From assembly GCA_003971905.1 (NCBI GenBank), contig RSEE01000135.1, forward strand, positions 62,001 through 126,000: a DNA stretch of 64,000 bases. The letters are read 5' to 3'. The notes beneath the pieces were generated by a model that searched no databases, was not told the DNA's origin, and was given only the letters and a program-made list of their open reading frames with translations. Within the stretch, counting starts at the first letter, position 1. Each line of letters starts with the position of its first letter. Positions 11,870 through 22,846 of the stretch are shown here, piece after piece. The stretch is from Moniliella sp. 'wahieum'. Its lineage: Eukaryota. The position numbers and the translations under genes were made by a program.

Positions 11870-12463
11870 CTAGCGGCGCAGATCCACCACCTGGACTGGT
11901 GCGTGGGGCAAGAGGGCGACATGGGCAAACGCATCGGTATACAGCCCCTGGACCTCGCGTCCATAACGATCGAGATGGGGATGAAACGGTGCTTGATCGC
12001 GACAGGCCTGGACGTAGGCCAAGCCAAACGGGGTCAAGCGGAACAGACCGACCTTGGGCCCCGAGCGCGCATGGGGCGCACACACGACAGCCACCGCTTC
12101 GGGCAGACTGGCTTGGTACCCTGCGTGGGTGTGCAGGTCGGCCGAGGAGAGAAAAGCGGTCTGGGTGGGATGGGTGTGGATCCACCCCACCACAATCACA
12201 CCCAACTGCATCTGCACCCCCACCCACGATTCTTCCCCCATAGTCGTACACGTGTCGCGCGTGCCGTGCTGCTGCGGCACAACGAGGTGGGTGACAGTCA
12301 ACTTCCCCCCTTGCCCCGCGAAGGCGGCGCCATGAGCACCGCACACGTCTCGATCCCACGGGCGGTCTGCGCACTGGACAGACGCAGAAAACGATCCACC
12401 ACCGCGTACGGCACCTCCACCACCCGCAGCGCCTCGCCGGCCGGGGGAGGGGCGGGGGGGCAT
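11870..12463 (-). CDS. AMSH/STAMBP-type JAMM/MPN+ deubiquitinase (MPN domain only; indels in the 5' part)
   Basis: LRVVEVP..VDRFL..GIETCAVL in an alternate frame, then GWIHTHPTQTAFLSSADLHTHAGYQ..PEAVAVVCAP, C..FHPH and VVDLRR*. Confidence 0.88.
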   Translation of the reverse strand: MPPRPSPGRRGAAGGGGAVRGGGSFSASVQCADRPWDRDVCGAHGAAFAGQGGKLTVTHLVVPQQHGTRDTCTTMGEESWVGVQMQLGVIVVGWIHTHPTQTAFLSSADLHTHAGYQASLPEAVAVVCAPHARSGPKVGLFRLTPFGLAYVQACRDQAPFHPHLDRYGREVQGLYTDAFAHVALLPHAPVQVVDLRR

Positions 12464-12694
12464 GCTCAGCTCCACCACCACCCACCCCACCCACACCCAC
12501 TCTTCTATCCCTCCACGTCACACCCACACGTCACACCCACACGTGACCCCCGCACAGACCATCGATTGCGCACTCGGGGTCTTTGTCGCCGAGTTGCGTA
12601 GTACTGCGCCTCGCCCCACTTTAACCCCATCCAGCACGTATATATATGCCCCAGCCTTAGCCTCATCCTCTTCACCACCCACCCCCATCCCACC

Positions 12695-13530
12695 ATGGTC
12701 CTCACGCTGCACCACCTCCAACAGTCGCAGTCGCAGCGCATCCTCTGGCTGCTGGAAGAACTCGAGGTGCCGTACCAGCTCAAGGTGTACGCGCGCGACC
12801 CAGTCACCAAGCGCGCGCCCGATCGCTCAAGCAGATCCACCCGCTCGGCAAGCGCCCATCCTCACTGACGATGACTTGACCCTCGCCGAGTCGGGCACCA
12901 TTGTCAATTACCTCATTGCCACCTATGGCCACGGACGCTTTGTGCCCCCAGCTGCCAAGGCCAAGGTCATGGATGATTACTGTATGTTGACCTGTCTCCT
13001 CCTCTTTCGTACTCGTACTCGTACTCGTACTGGACTTTTCCATGTGGCTTCTCGTTTGGTTGGATGGTGTATGGAAACTGACCGGACGACGCTGTGCCTC
13101 CCCCGTCCACCTTTCCCCCCCAGGGAACCAATTCGCCAACGCCACGGCCCAGACCTGGCTCATGGCTACATGATGTTCAAGTTTGTCCCGAGCTTTTTAC
13201 CAGCGGAGGAAAAAAAGAGCAGGCTGCGCTCTGCTGCCGCGCTGAGCCAAATGGAAGACTCGTTCATCGCACCGGAAGTAGACAAGTTCACTGCTTACCT
13301 CGCCGACACGTTGTTGCCTCGTCCAACGGCTGGATCGTCGACGGTGACGCGCAGGGCAATCCACCGGCGCAGTTTCCAGCTGAGCTGGGTCGCAGAGTTC
13401 TTGCCCTCGCTCGGTAAACCTCCTGCCTGAACCACTCGAACGCTACCTGGCCAAGATCCATGCTCGGCCCGCTTGGGCCCGCGCGTTGCAAAAGGGCGGC
13501 GAGTTTGATTGGGTAAGCTCACTGCGTAAC
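12695..13530 (+). CDS. Glutathione S-transferase, GTT1-like (intron 12982-13123; 3' end approximate)
   Basis: MVLTLHHLQQSQSQRILWLLEELEVPYQLK...IHP..KAPIL.DDDLTLAESGTIVNYLI. C-terminal LERYLAKIHARPAWARAL.KGG. Confidence 0.88.
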
Positions 13531-13837
13531 TGTGGTGTGGAATGCGCAAGCCACGTGCGGTGCGCTGGTGGTGGTGCGATGCGCTGCCCCCCCCCTGGAT
13601 CGATCCTTGGTCTGCTCCAAGGTAAAAGCAAAGAAAGAACAAGGTAGTACACATGCCTAATGCAAGAAGAAACGATGCATCCCATGTGGGGATGCTTGCG
13701 ACTGCATCTGTGGTGTGGGTTGTGCAGTAGACATGCGATAGGATGGATAGGATTGCGCAGTGGGGGGGTGGGGGGTGGCGCTTACTACTTCCTGGTCGTC
13801 TGACGGCTAAGAACCACAAAAGGAAAAAAAATAATGA

Positions 13838-13931
13838 CGACGAGAGTGGGATTCGAACCCACGCCCCGGAGGACTACGGTTAGGAAGTAAGCAACCTGAA
13901 CGTAGCGCGTTAACCACTTCGCTATCTCGCC
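13838..13931 (-). tRNA. tRNA with anticodon CAG (Leu-type scaffold), 15-nt intron
   Basis: GGCGAGA/TCTCGTC acceptor stem, GCG-AAGTGGTTAA-CGC D arm, CTACG/CGTAG anticodon stem with TT-CAG-G plus intron TTGCTTACTTCCTAA, long variable arm, GTGGG-TTCGAAT-CCCAC T arm, downstream oligo-T Pol III terminator. Confidence 0.93.
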
Positions 13932-14042
13932 TGGGCTGGTCAGGTGGGGGGACGTTGTACCATGATATGTACCCTTTAAACTGAGGTGAGTAGAAAGAGA
14001 GTGCTTACCCCCACCGGGTGCTGGTTGCGCCTCCACTCCACC

Positions 14043-15317
14043 ATGGCCACCGAGACCGAGACGACGCCCAAGGGCTTCGCCACGCCGCCCGTGTCGCATC
14101 TCCCTCGAGGCGTGCTGAGCACGTGCTGGCCTCCGCCCCGCCCTCGACGCGACCACGCACTGCAGACGCTCCTGGCCTTGCCCGACGCACCACGGCTCAC
14201 CGGCACCCCCCCCCGCGCCCAGGCCGCCGTAGCTGCCATCTTGGTCCATTCCCCCTCGCTGTACTTGGGCCCCGGATGCTTGCCTGTCCCCGGCGCGCGA
14301 TTGCTCTCCCTCGGTACCAACCGATGGCGCCACGTGCCCCTCCCGCCCCACACGCCCACACCCACTCACCACAACAAGCACGCTACCAAGCACGAGCAAC
14401 CGCCTGAGACCGAGGAGGAGGATGAGGCCAAGGAGGAGGTTCAGAACGAGGACGGGCAGTTGCAGCTGATCTTTACGACACGCGCTATGAGTCTGCGGTC
14501 GCACCCGGGCCAAGCGTCGTTGCCGGGAGGCAAGGTGGATGGCACGGATGCGTCCCTCGTCGACACGGCGTTGCGCGAGGCCGAGGAGGAAATCGGATTG
14601 GATCGGTCTTGGTTCGGCACTCGGTTGTTTTACCTCCACACGGGCGAACCTTGTACGTCCCCTTGTTGCAACCTTTGTTTTGTCCCGAAGGATACTAACC
14701 AACCTGTGGTTCGTGTGTGGTTCGTGTGGTTCGTGTGGTTCGTGTGGTTCGTGTGGTTCGTGTGGTTCGCCTTGGCGGGGGGGATGCACTGTACTGCAGT
14801 CTTGTCCAAAACGTGTTTGCTCGTCCACCCCGTGGTGCTGTACTTGACCGACCCATCGCTCGTGCCCACTCTGCACGCGGCCCCGGCGGAAGTAGCGTGT
14901 ATCTGGACCTTCCCCGTGCGCGCCTTTCTCACCTCGCTCCCACCGACGCACGTGCCGCTGCAGGATCCGACCAAGGTCGATCTGCACCGCGACCCACAAC
15001 GTGCGTTTCGAACGTACTCGGACGTGCCCTGGATCCAGCACGCGCCCTACCGTCTGCACCGCTTCCGCTCGTCCCAGCAGCTCATCAAGGGCTTGACGGC
15101 CGACATTTGTCTCCACCTCGCGGCGGACCTGGCGGGCAGCAGCACGCGCGTGGCGTATGCCGTCTACGCGCCCGGGCAGCCGCCGCGGGCGACGTGGGTG
15201 CGGGCGGTGCTGGCGGGAAAGATGCGCACGACGCGCTGGGGCGACGGCGAGGGCGAGCGGGAGCTGCTGCCGTCGGCGCACAAGTATCCCACATGCGAGG
15301 GGGTGGATGAATACTAA
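14043..15317 (+). CDS. Nudix hydrolase, CoA pyrophosphatase (PCD1/NUDT7-like); intron 14653-14799
   Basis: LIFTTRAMSLRSHPGQASLPGG (NuCoA motif) and Nudix box GGKVDGTDASLVDTALREAEEEIGL, then IKGLTADI. Splicing restores EPFLSK. Confidence 0.9.
   Translation: MATETETTPKGFATPPVSHLPRGVLSTCWPPPRPRRDHALQTLLALPDAPRLTGTPPRAQAAVAAILVHSPSLYLGPGCLPVPGARLLSLGTNRWRHVPLPPHTPTPTHHNKHATKHEQPPETEEEDEAKEEVQNEDGQLQLIFTTRAMSLRSHPGQASLPGGKVDGTDASLVDTALREAEEEIGLDRSWFGTRLFYLHTGEPCTSPCCNLCFVPKDTNQPVVRVWFVWFVWFVWFVWFVWFALAGGMHCTAVLSKTCLLVHPVVLYLTDPSLVPTLHAAPAEVACIWTFPVRAFLTSLPPTHVPLQDPTKVDLHRDPQRAFRTYSDVPWIQHAPYRLHRFRSSQQLIKGLTADICLHLAADLAGSSTRVAYAVYAPGQPPRATWVRAVLAGKMRTTRWGDGEGERELLPSAHKYPTCEGVDEY
14706..14769. repeat. 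(GTGGTTCGT)n 9-bp tandem repeat in the Nudix intron
   Basis: About seven tandem units. Confidence 0.9.
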
Positions 15318-15487
15318 CTATTGGGTGCACGTGATGATAGGCGGTAGGGTTGGTGCGGTGGGGCGCACAAGGGCACAGGGGCAGTGTGGGTGTGTGGCGC
15401 TGCCACGTGGCGCAGGGCAGCACTTCTAACCTCTAACCAGCAAGGTTGCTTTTTCTGCTGCGCCACTAATACTAACTTGGCCTGAGC

Positions 15488-17851
15488 ATGGCCGCCAGCG
15501 AGCTCAACATGCCCGCCAGCGAGCTCAACATGCCCGCCACGCAGCCCAACATGCCCGCCACGCAGCCCAACATGCCCGCCAGCCAGCCCAGCATGCCCGC
15601 CACGCCGCCCGACATGGCCGTCGCAGCGGACATTGCGGCGATGCATTCCGCCCTGCTGCGCCGCCAGCAGCAGGCCGAGTCCCACACCGAACACGCCCTC
15701 ACCGCCGCCCGCCGCCCGCGCGACCCGCCGCTCCTCCCGCGCCCCCCTCTGCCACGCCCTCCGCCTCGTCTGTCCCAGGCACCCACACCAGCATCCGCAG
15801 CACCCACACCAGCACCCACACCATCGACGTCTCCACCCCCAGCCCCATCCCCGCGCCGCCACCGACGACGACGTGCCCGTGCCCTGGGGCGTGCTGACCC
15901 CCGCCGAGGTCGAGTACGAGTCGTACGTTTCGCCCAGTCTGGCCAGCCACGCACCGCTGCCGTCGTTGCTCTCGCTGCGATCGCTGCTGGTGCGCCGCTT
16001 CCCGCAACTGGGTACGCGCGCCATGGTCGGCCTGCAAGGTGGCGCGAGCGGGAGTGGCAGCTCGCCTTCGCCGTCCAAGAGCGACGCACATGCCCACGCG
16101 TGGCCGCTGGGCGTAGTATCCACCCCACTGGGCGTGCGCGTGGACGAAGATGCCTTGCCTTTGTCCCTGTGGCGAGCGGAGGAACCAGGGAGCGCAGCGG
16201 GCGACTCGGTCGGGGCGCTGTTCCCCCCGACCAGCTGGGCCGCGTGCCGTCCACCGCAGCGGGGCTGTATGCCCAGGCCGAATCCTACTCCGATGCGCGC
16301 GGGGAAGAAGTGTATGGTCCGCTCTGGCCCGGCGTCAAGGCCGAGGCTACAGACAAGGTGCGCGGATACCCCCTCTCGGACAAACAGCGCCGACGCGTGC
16401 TGGATAAACTCGCCCAACGCGAAAAGGACTTGGTCTTGGAAGCCACCTCGAAACAGGAACGCGCAGAGGTGCTCTTGACCATCTATACCGAGCAACGCGA
16501 GGGCCACTGGAAGGTCCGCAGGCCCGTCGAGGTCGGCTTGGGTATGTTTTTTTCTCCCTTCTTTTGTCGTCTGTTCTTTTCTGGTGTTCTGGTGGTAGAA
16601 ACTGACAGCCGATCTTGTCCCCCCTGTCTGCTTGCCTGTTTGCTTGCTTGCTTGCTTGCTGTTGGTGCGCGCGCAGAGGACCAGATTGCGATGGAGACAC
16701 CACATGCGATGGACCCATGGAGCGTGCCCATCGACGCACGCGGCATCTTGGCGCGCAACAAGCTGCGCTCCATGATCGAGTTGAGCGCAACACGGATGAA
16801 CGTGCAGTGCACGTGCCAATCCCACCCGGACGGCCCGCTAGGCTCCGACGGGGAAGAAGACGCGGTGCGCGCACAGCAAGCGAACGAATGCTCCATCTGC
16901 CAAGGCACCCAGGCAGTCGAGATGAGCTTCGTAATCACCGTCACGTTGCGCGTCGCCTCGTTCCTCCCACTCACCATGCCCTCTGCCCACTTGGCCGGCC
17001 AACGCGAACCTCATCTCCGGTACGACGACGACGACCCATCCGCGCCGCACCACCTGCCGCCTTCCACGCTCGACCCAGCCACGAGGGAAAGCACGGTGCA
17101 CAAGCTGGCTGTCGAAGGCGCGCTCAACGCCTCGGCCCGCGTGGGGAAACAACACTTTTCACTTCACCGCGCGCGGCTCCTGCTCGCTTCGGCCGTGGTA
17201 CGGCGTACGCGCGGGGTAAGCGTATTGGTCCACAGTCACAAGGCCCGATCTACTCGCTCGTTCGATTCCATCGACCCGTTCCCTGCTCTCCCCCCCCCGC
17301 CCCGCGGCGGAGATCCCACGTCCGAAGCGTACGTCCGCCAGTGGCCTCGCCTCGTAGATACCGCCCCGGCTATTGCGCGTGCGCGCGCACACGCCTTTGT
17401 CCTCCACCACCAACCGACCACCCAGGGCAGTGCAAGTGCGAATGCAAGTGGGCACGCATCGGGCTCGGGCTCGGGGCTGGGACTGGGACTGGGACTAGGG
17501 TGGGGACCTACATCGCCACTCTCACTCTCGTCCCTACACTCGCCCGGCGGGTCCGGGTCCGGCTCGGGCTCTGGGTCCGCCACCGCCGCCGCCCACGGTG
17601 GCGCAGGGACATCTGTCCCAGGAAGCTATTTCCCCCGCTCACGCGGATCTAGCCTCCGCTCCTCACGCAGCGCCACCACCACACGCCCAGCGTCGCCCCC
17701 GCTGCCCCCGCCTGCCCCGCCGGGTACAGGACTGGGCTTGGGCTTGGGCGCAGGCTTGGGCGCAGGGGCGGGAGGGGGAGGCCTCGCGCCCCCCCATCCC
17801 CCGCAGGCTGGCCTTAGTCCCCGAAGAGGGTTTCGCGATTTGTTCCGCTGA
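15488..17851 (+). CDS. Hypothetical protein with N-terminal 7-aa repeats and a CxC...CxxC cluster; intron 16542-16676; probable indels
   Basis: Long ORF with coding-like central region, GTATGT..CAG intron, and (MPASELN/MPATQPN) repeats. No family recognised with confidence. Confidence 0.65.
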   Translation: MAASELNMPASELNMPATQPNMPATQPNMPASQPSMPATPPDMAVAADIAAMHSALLRRQQQAESHTEHALTAARRPRDPPLLPRPPLPRPPPRLSQAPTPASAAPTPAPTPSTSPPPAPSPRRHRRRRARALGRADPRRGRVRVVRFAQSGQPRTAAVVALAAIAAGAPLPATGYARHGRPARWREREWQLAFAVQERRTCPRVAAGRSIHPTGRARGRRCLAFVPVASGGTRERSGRLGRGAVPPDQLGRVPSTAAGLYAQAESYSDARGEEVYGPLWPGVKAEATDKVRGYPLSDKQRRRVLDKLAQREKDLVLEATSKQERAEVLLTIYTEQREGHWKVRRPVEVGLGMFFSPFFCRLFFSGVLVVETDSRSCPPCLLACLLACLLAVGARAEDQIAMETPHAMDPWSVPIDARGILARNKLRSMIELSATRMNVQCTCQSHPDGPLGSDGEEDAVRAQQANECSICQGTQAVEMSFVITVTLRVASFLPLTMPSAHLAGQREPHLRYDDDDPSAPHHLPPSTLDPATRESTVHKLAVEGALNASARVGKQHFSLHRARLLLASAVVRRTRGVSVLVHSHKARSTRSFDSIDPFPALPPPPRGGDPTSEAYVRQWPRLVDTAPAIARARAHAFVLHHQPTTQGSASANASGHASGSGSGLGLGLGLGWGPTSPLSLSSLHSPGGSGSGSGSGSATAAAHGGAGTSVPGSYFPRSRGSSLRSSRSATTTRPASPPLPPPAPPGTGLGLGLGAGLGAGAGGGGLAPPHPPQAGLSPRRGFRDLFR

Positions 17852-18040
17852 TTGGTGGGTTGGCGGTAGGGTGGGGGATCATCGATCAGTGCGACGTGGG
17901 TGTCGTGTGAAGGGGGTGAGGGGGTGAGGAGCAGGTACGGGGAGAAGGCAACGGGTTCATCTGACATGGCGAAATGGCATGAAATGGGTTTGCATTGCAT
18001 TGCATCGTATTGGGTCGGGTGGCTTGTTGGGTGATGAGCG

Positions 18041-18083
18041 AGGGAAGGGAAGGGAAGGGAAGGGAAGGGAAGGGAAGGGAAGG
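18041..18083. repeat. (AGGGA)n pentanucleotide microsatellite
   Basis: About eight perfect tandem units. Confidence 0.9.
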
Positions 18084-18406
18084 GGACTGGGTGGGGATGC
18101 CCTTGTGCTGATTGATTCTAGTTCGATGGGTTCGATTGATTGGCTATAGAATGAAGTTCGATCGATCTCTCCCGGCTGCGTGCTGCCGATCTTCCAACTA
18201 TACGACCAGTCAAAACATGTTTGCTTTTGTTCGATTCCTCCACCTCCCCCCGTGGCGTCCATTCCTACCCCCTTGCCCACCGCGCATCACACCAGGGACG
18301 AGCGGCACGGCAGGCAACAACGGAACGCAAAACGTCGGACTAAGAGCGAATGTGGGGCGAGAACGCCAGCAGTGGCAAAGAGGTCTCCCTGGTTGGTGCG
18401 GGTTGC

Positions 18407-20217
18407 TCAAGCGGAGGCCGATCGCTGGTACACCCGTTCGCCCATCAAGTACGTCTCTTGCACCTTGGCGTTCAAAATCGCGTGCTTGTCGCCCTCGGCT
18501 GTCTTGGCAAAAATGTCCGTGTCGACAAGACAAAAGTCGGCCGACAAGCCCTGTTGGATCGCGCCACAGACATCTTCTTTGCGCACCGAGTACGCCGCCC
18601 CACGACTCGCCGCCACAAGCGCCGTCGCGAGCGGCAGGGCAAATTGCGGCGTTACCACCGTCTCACACTGCGCGTCCAGCGCCGAGGTCCGGTGCACAGC
18701 AATGTGCATATTCGGCAAAGCCCAGTGCGGCGCCGTAGGCGTATCCGTGCCCAACGCCAAGGGCGCCCCAGCTTCCACAAAGTGCCGATAGGCAAACGCT
18801 CGTGCCGACCGTCCTTCGTTCGGCTTGTCCCCGAGCATCGCCCACCAGTTCGCTGCGCAGGTCCATCCATTCCGTCCATTTTTCACGTGGGAGCAGCGGG
18901 TCGTACAGTGTCAGCAGCGTGCTCAACAGCCCCTTCAGCAAGTAATGGTTACGATGGGGGACGTACGCAGAATGACGGGGTCGACATGCACGGGCTGGAC
19001 ACTGGTGATGATGCCGAGCTTGCCCAGACGCTCAACGTCGTCGGGATGGGAGAGTTCGAGGTGCTCGATGCGGTGGCGTCGGTCGCGCAGCGCTTCGGAC
19101 GCAGGTAACGCCGCATACGCCTCGACGGCCTTGTGGATGGCCTTGTCGCCAATCGCATGCGTGGCGACTTGGAGACCCAGCTGGTCCGCACGCCCAATCA
19201 CCGCTGTCAAATCCTCCTGGGTCCAAATCCCATCGCACGTCTTGCCGTTCGCATACGGTTCCGACACGGCCGCCGTGCACCCATCGATCACCCCATCGGA
19301 GATGATCTTGATCCCGACCGTTTGGAAGTACGCGTCGGGCGGTTCGGTTTGCTTGTGCTGGGCCACCTGCTCCACTTGGGCCAGACGCCCAGCCAGGTCG
19401 GCCGACGGATCGACAATCCAATACGCCGACACGCGCAACGGCAACTTGCCGCCCAACTTGGCCTGTACCCGCCGCACCGCCGCATACGCAGCCGGCGAAA
19501 ACGCCATATCGATCGTGCCCGTATATCCTGATGAGAGGTAGGCGGCAAACGCACGTTCGCAATCGGCTTCCTCTTCTTGCGGCGTCTGGAAGCGCGCTAG
19601 CCGGTCCCACACGTACGTCGTCACTGCACTCTCTTCCAGCAGGCCAGACGGGTTGCCGTCGCTGTCGCGCGCAATGCGTCCGCCGGGCGGGTCGGGCGTA
19701 CTGCGGTCAATGCCCAGCTCACGGAACGCAGCCGAGTTGAGCCACGCCGAGTGCAGGTCGCGCGACTCGATGTACACGGGCACGGTGGGCGCGACGCGGT
19801 CCAGCGCAGCGGCCGGCGCAGCGCCCTGAGTCTGGCTTTGCAGCCAGTGCTTGCACCGCAGGCGCGCTGGACGATGCGCGTCGCCCTCGCCCGGCCAGGC
19901 GGCGATGGTGGCGGCGACGAGGCGAGGATGTCGTCGAGGGACGCGCAGGGCGCAAGGTCCGTCTTGAACAGCGCACTGCCCAGCATGCCAATGTGCGCAT
20001 GGCCATCCACAAAGCCCGGCAGCACAAGCTGCTGGTGGAGGTCGACGGCGCGCACGTGCGGCAGCGCAGCGATCTGCGCTGTGCTGCCCACCTGGCCAAA
20101 GCGGCCCGAGGGCAGCACCTCGAACGCCTCGGCCAGGTACGCCGCCTCCTCGGCGCGCGTCGGCGCCAGCGGCGCGTCGTGCGCAACAAACACGCGTCCG
20201 TTCGTGTAGATACTCAT
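18407..20217 (-). CDS. Amidohydrolase 3 family (YtcJ-like) metal-dependent hydrolase; intron 18853-18966
   Basis: VLPGFVDGHAH, DLHSAWLNSAA, TPDPPGGRIARD, IKIISDG, THAIGD, HRIEH, QPVH, LGTD, GLSADF, ETYLMGERVY. Confidence 0.92.
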
Positions 20218-20367
20218 GGGGGGGGGTCGAGAAGGTGGTGGAGAAGGTGGAGATAGCTCGTCTTGTATCTTCGACGGATGGGTTTTTGGTTCTTCGTGCG
20301 ACACGGTGCCTGCGGTTGTGATGTAACTCCTATAACCCGCGGCTGGCGCGCTCTCTGCGGCACATGA

Positions 20368-20386
20368 TGTCACATGACATGTGACA
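20368..20386. promoter_or_regulatory. Perfect inverted repeat of two E-box-like sites (TGTCACATG-A-CATGTGACA) in a divergent promoter
   Basis: 9-bp arms, 1-nt spacer, with extra CACATG at 20361 and 20403. Lies between the amidohydrolase and MFS starts. Confidence 0.5.
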
Positions 20387-20744
20387 CACACCCCGCTTCC
20401 ATCACATGCACATCACCCCATCACATCGGATGGTTGGGGCAACGCCGATAGCTCCGCCGATACCTCCGCTGCTGCGGATGGGCTGATTGATGATTGATGT
20501 CCGGTGGAATCTCCTCGGCTTTTCTTCGGCGCGGCGCTCGGCCGAGGCGGACGGAGGCGAGCAGCTGCTATCTCCGAGCAGCTGGCTTTGGGTTGCTGTG
20601 CCTCCGCCTCGTCCGCGTCTTCGCGTCTCCTCTGCCATCCCCATCGCCATCGTAGCCTCCATGCTGCGCGCCATCCCCACCGCCCTCCCCATATTAACCC
20701 CCCTCTCCCCCCCCCCACCATCCCTTCTGAGCGTAGCCACCACC

Positions 20745-22846
20745 ATGAGCACTTCTCCCGCCCAACAAAAGTCGCCCCTGGGTGACCCCGCCTCCTGCAC
20801 CCACCTCGCCCAGGAAACAGACCACCTCGCCCAGGAAACAGACGCCCCGCCGCCCAGCCCCGACCCCCCCTACACCATCTTTGTCGCCAGCCAGCGCACG
20901 CTCGTCGTCGTCCTCCTCACCGCCGTCGGCTTCCTCAGCCCCATCACCGGCAGCATCTACATGAGTGCGCTCACCGACGTGGCCGACGACCTGCGCGTGA
21001 GCCAAGAGATGGTCCAGCTGAGCGTGACGGTGTTTATGATCTTCCAGGGCATCTCCCCCTGCTCATCGGCAGCAACACCGACAAGGTCGGTCGCCGGCCC
21101 GTCTTGATCCTCTCCCTCGTCCTCTACATGGCCGCCGACATTGGCATCTACTTTCTGCCCACCGCTACCCAAGCACAACAAGGGCGCCGTCTACGCTGGC
21201 TTGCTCATCCTGCGTGCTGTCCAGGCCTGTGGCTCCGCCAGCACCATCAGCATTGGCGCCGTACGTCCTCCCTTCCCGCTTTTCTTCGTACCGACGAGTA
21301 CGGGATTTCGGTGTAGTAACCTTACTTGTGGACTGGCTCGTAGGGCGGGATCCAAGATATCACCCAGCCAGCCAACCGGGGCGGGGTGATGGGCATCTTT
21401 GGCTCCACTGCCGCCACCGGCCCGGCCATCGCACCCACCATAGGCAGTGCACTCACCACCGGCTGGGGATGGCGCTCGATCTTTATGTTCCTCTTTGTCC
21501 TGGCTGCGCTCGAGCTCGTCGTGCTCCTCTTTTTTCTTCCCGAGTAAGCTCTCACCCCGGTTCGAGTCGATCCCCCCCCCCGCCCAAATATAACAATGGT
21601 GCAGTGGGTGGGTGCAGGCGATGAACAAAAAGATCTAATCCCTTTCTCTCTTTCTCTCTCTCTCCTCTCCTCTCTCTCTCTCTTTCTCTTCTCTTTTCTC
21701 TGCGGCTCTCCATTCGGGCAGACACTTCGCTCTCTCGTTGGCAACGGCTCCGACCGGCGCCTACCCTGCTGCACGAAAGCTGGGCCGGTCTCCTGCTCGT
21801 TCCACCACCACGTCACCCAGCGCACAGGCCGACCGCGTCCCGGGTTGCCCACCGGCATCTCGCCTGCCGAGCTCCCCACCCTCACGCGCAGCCAAATCCG
21901 CCACCGCGTCCTCCGCAAGCGCATCAAGGAAACGTTTGCCCTGGCCCGCTGCGCAACTTGGTTCTCCCGAGGTCTTGCTGTGTCTGCTTACCTACTCCCT
22001 ACCCTACACGGCCCAGTTCATGGTCCTCTCCACCACCTCGCTGCTGTACCAGGAAAATCCACTGGACCTTGATGGAGGCTGGCTTGTGTTCCTCGCGATT
22101 GGCTTTGGATCGGCCAGCAGCTCCTTCTTCTCGGGGCGACTGTTGAATCATAACTTTCGCCAAGCGCAAGCGCGCTTTCTAGCTGCCTCGCACCCGCTGG
22201 ACGAAAGGGCGACCCGGCCACCGCTTTGGCCGTTCCCCAGTCCATCCATTGGCCCAAGGGCTACGACCCGGCCCACTTCCCGATCGAACGCGCGCGGTTG
22301 CGGCTCTACCCTTCGCCATCACCACCAACGTAGTGGCGACCGTCGTCATGGGATGGCTGATGCAGGCTCACGTCCACCCGGCCGCACCTATCGTCTTTCT
22401 TCTTCTTCATCGGCTTGGGCGTCGGCGCCGTCTCCAACATGATCAATACTCTCCTGCTGGATTACCTCCCTGGAAAAGGTGCTGGCGCTAACCGCTTCAC
22501 TCAACTTGTCCGCTGCCTCCTTGGCGCCGCGGGCGTCGCGGCCTCCGAACGTATCCTTGCCAGTCTCGGCCCAGGTTGGACCTTCACCATCGTCGCGGCT
22601 ATCTCGGCACTGTCCGTTCCTTGCGCAGTCGGCATGTACCTCCAAGGTCCGGCATGGCGCCGCGCTCGTTTCGCTCCCCTCCCCCATCCTCATCCCCATC
22701 TCCGCCCACGTCTGCACCACCATCTGCACCCTCTTCGGCCAGTGCCAAACCCCAATCCCACTGAACCTAAGCCTACTTGCCTGTTCTGCGGCGGGCAAAG
22801 TGCTCCCCTCCCCAGGCTGGAACGAGTTCCTTTTTCAAGGTCGTGA
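20745..22846 (+). CDS. MFS drug:H+ antiporter, DHA1/QDR-like (introns ~21261-21343 and ~21544-21721; several indels; 3' end approximate)
   Basis: GFLSPITGSIY.SAL..VA.DL, LSVTVFMIFQGISP, DKVGRRPV, LRAVQACGS, GPAIAPTIG...GWRSIF, PETLRSLVGNGS, LVRCLLGA. Confidence 0.9.
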
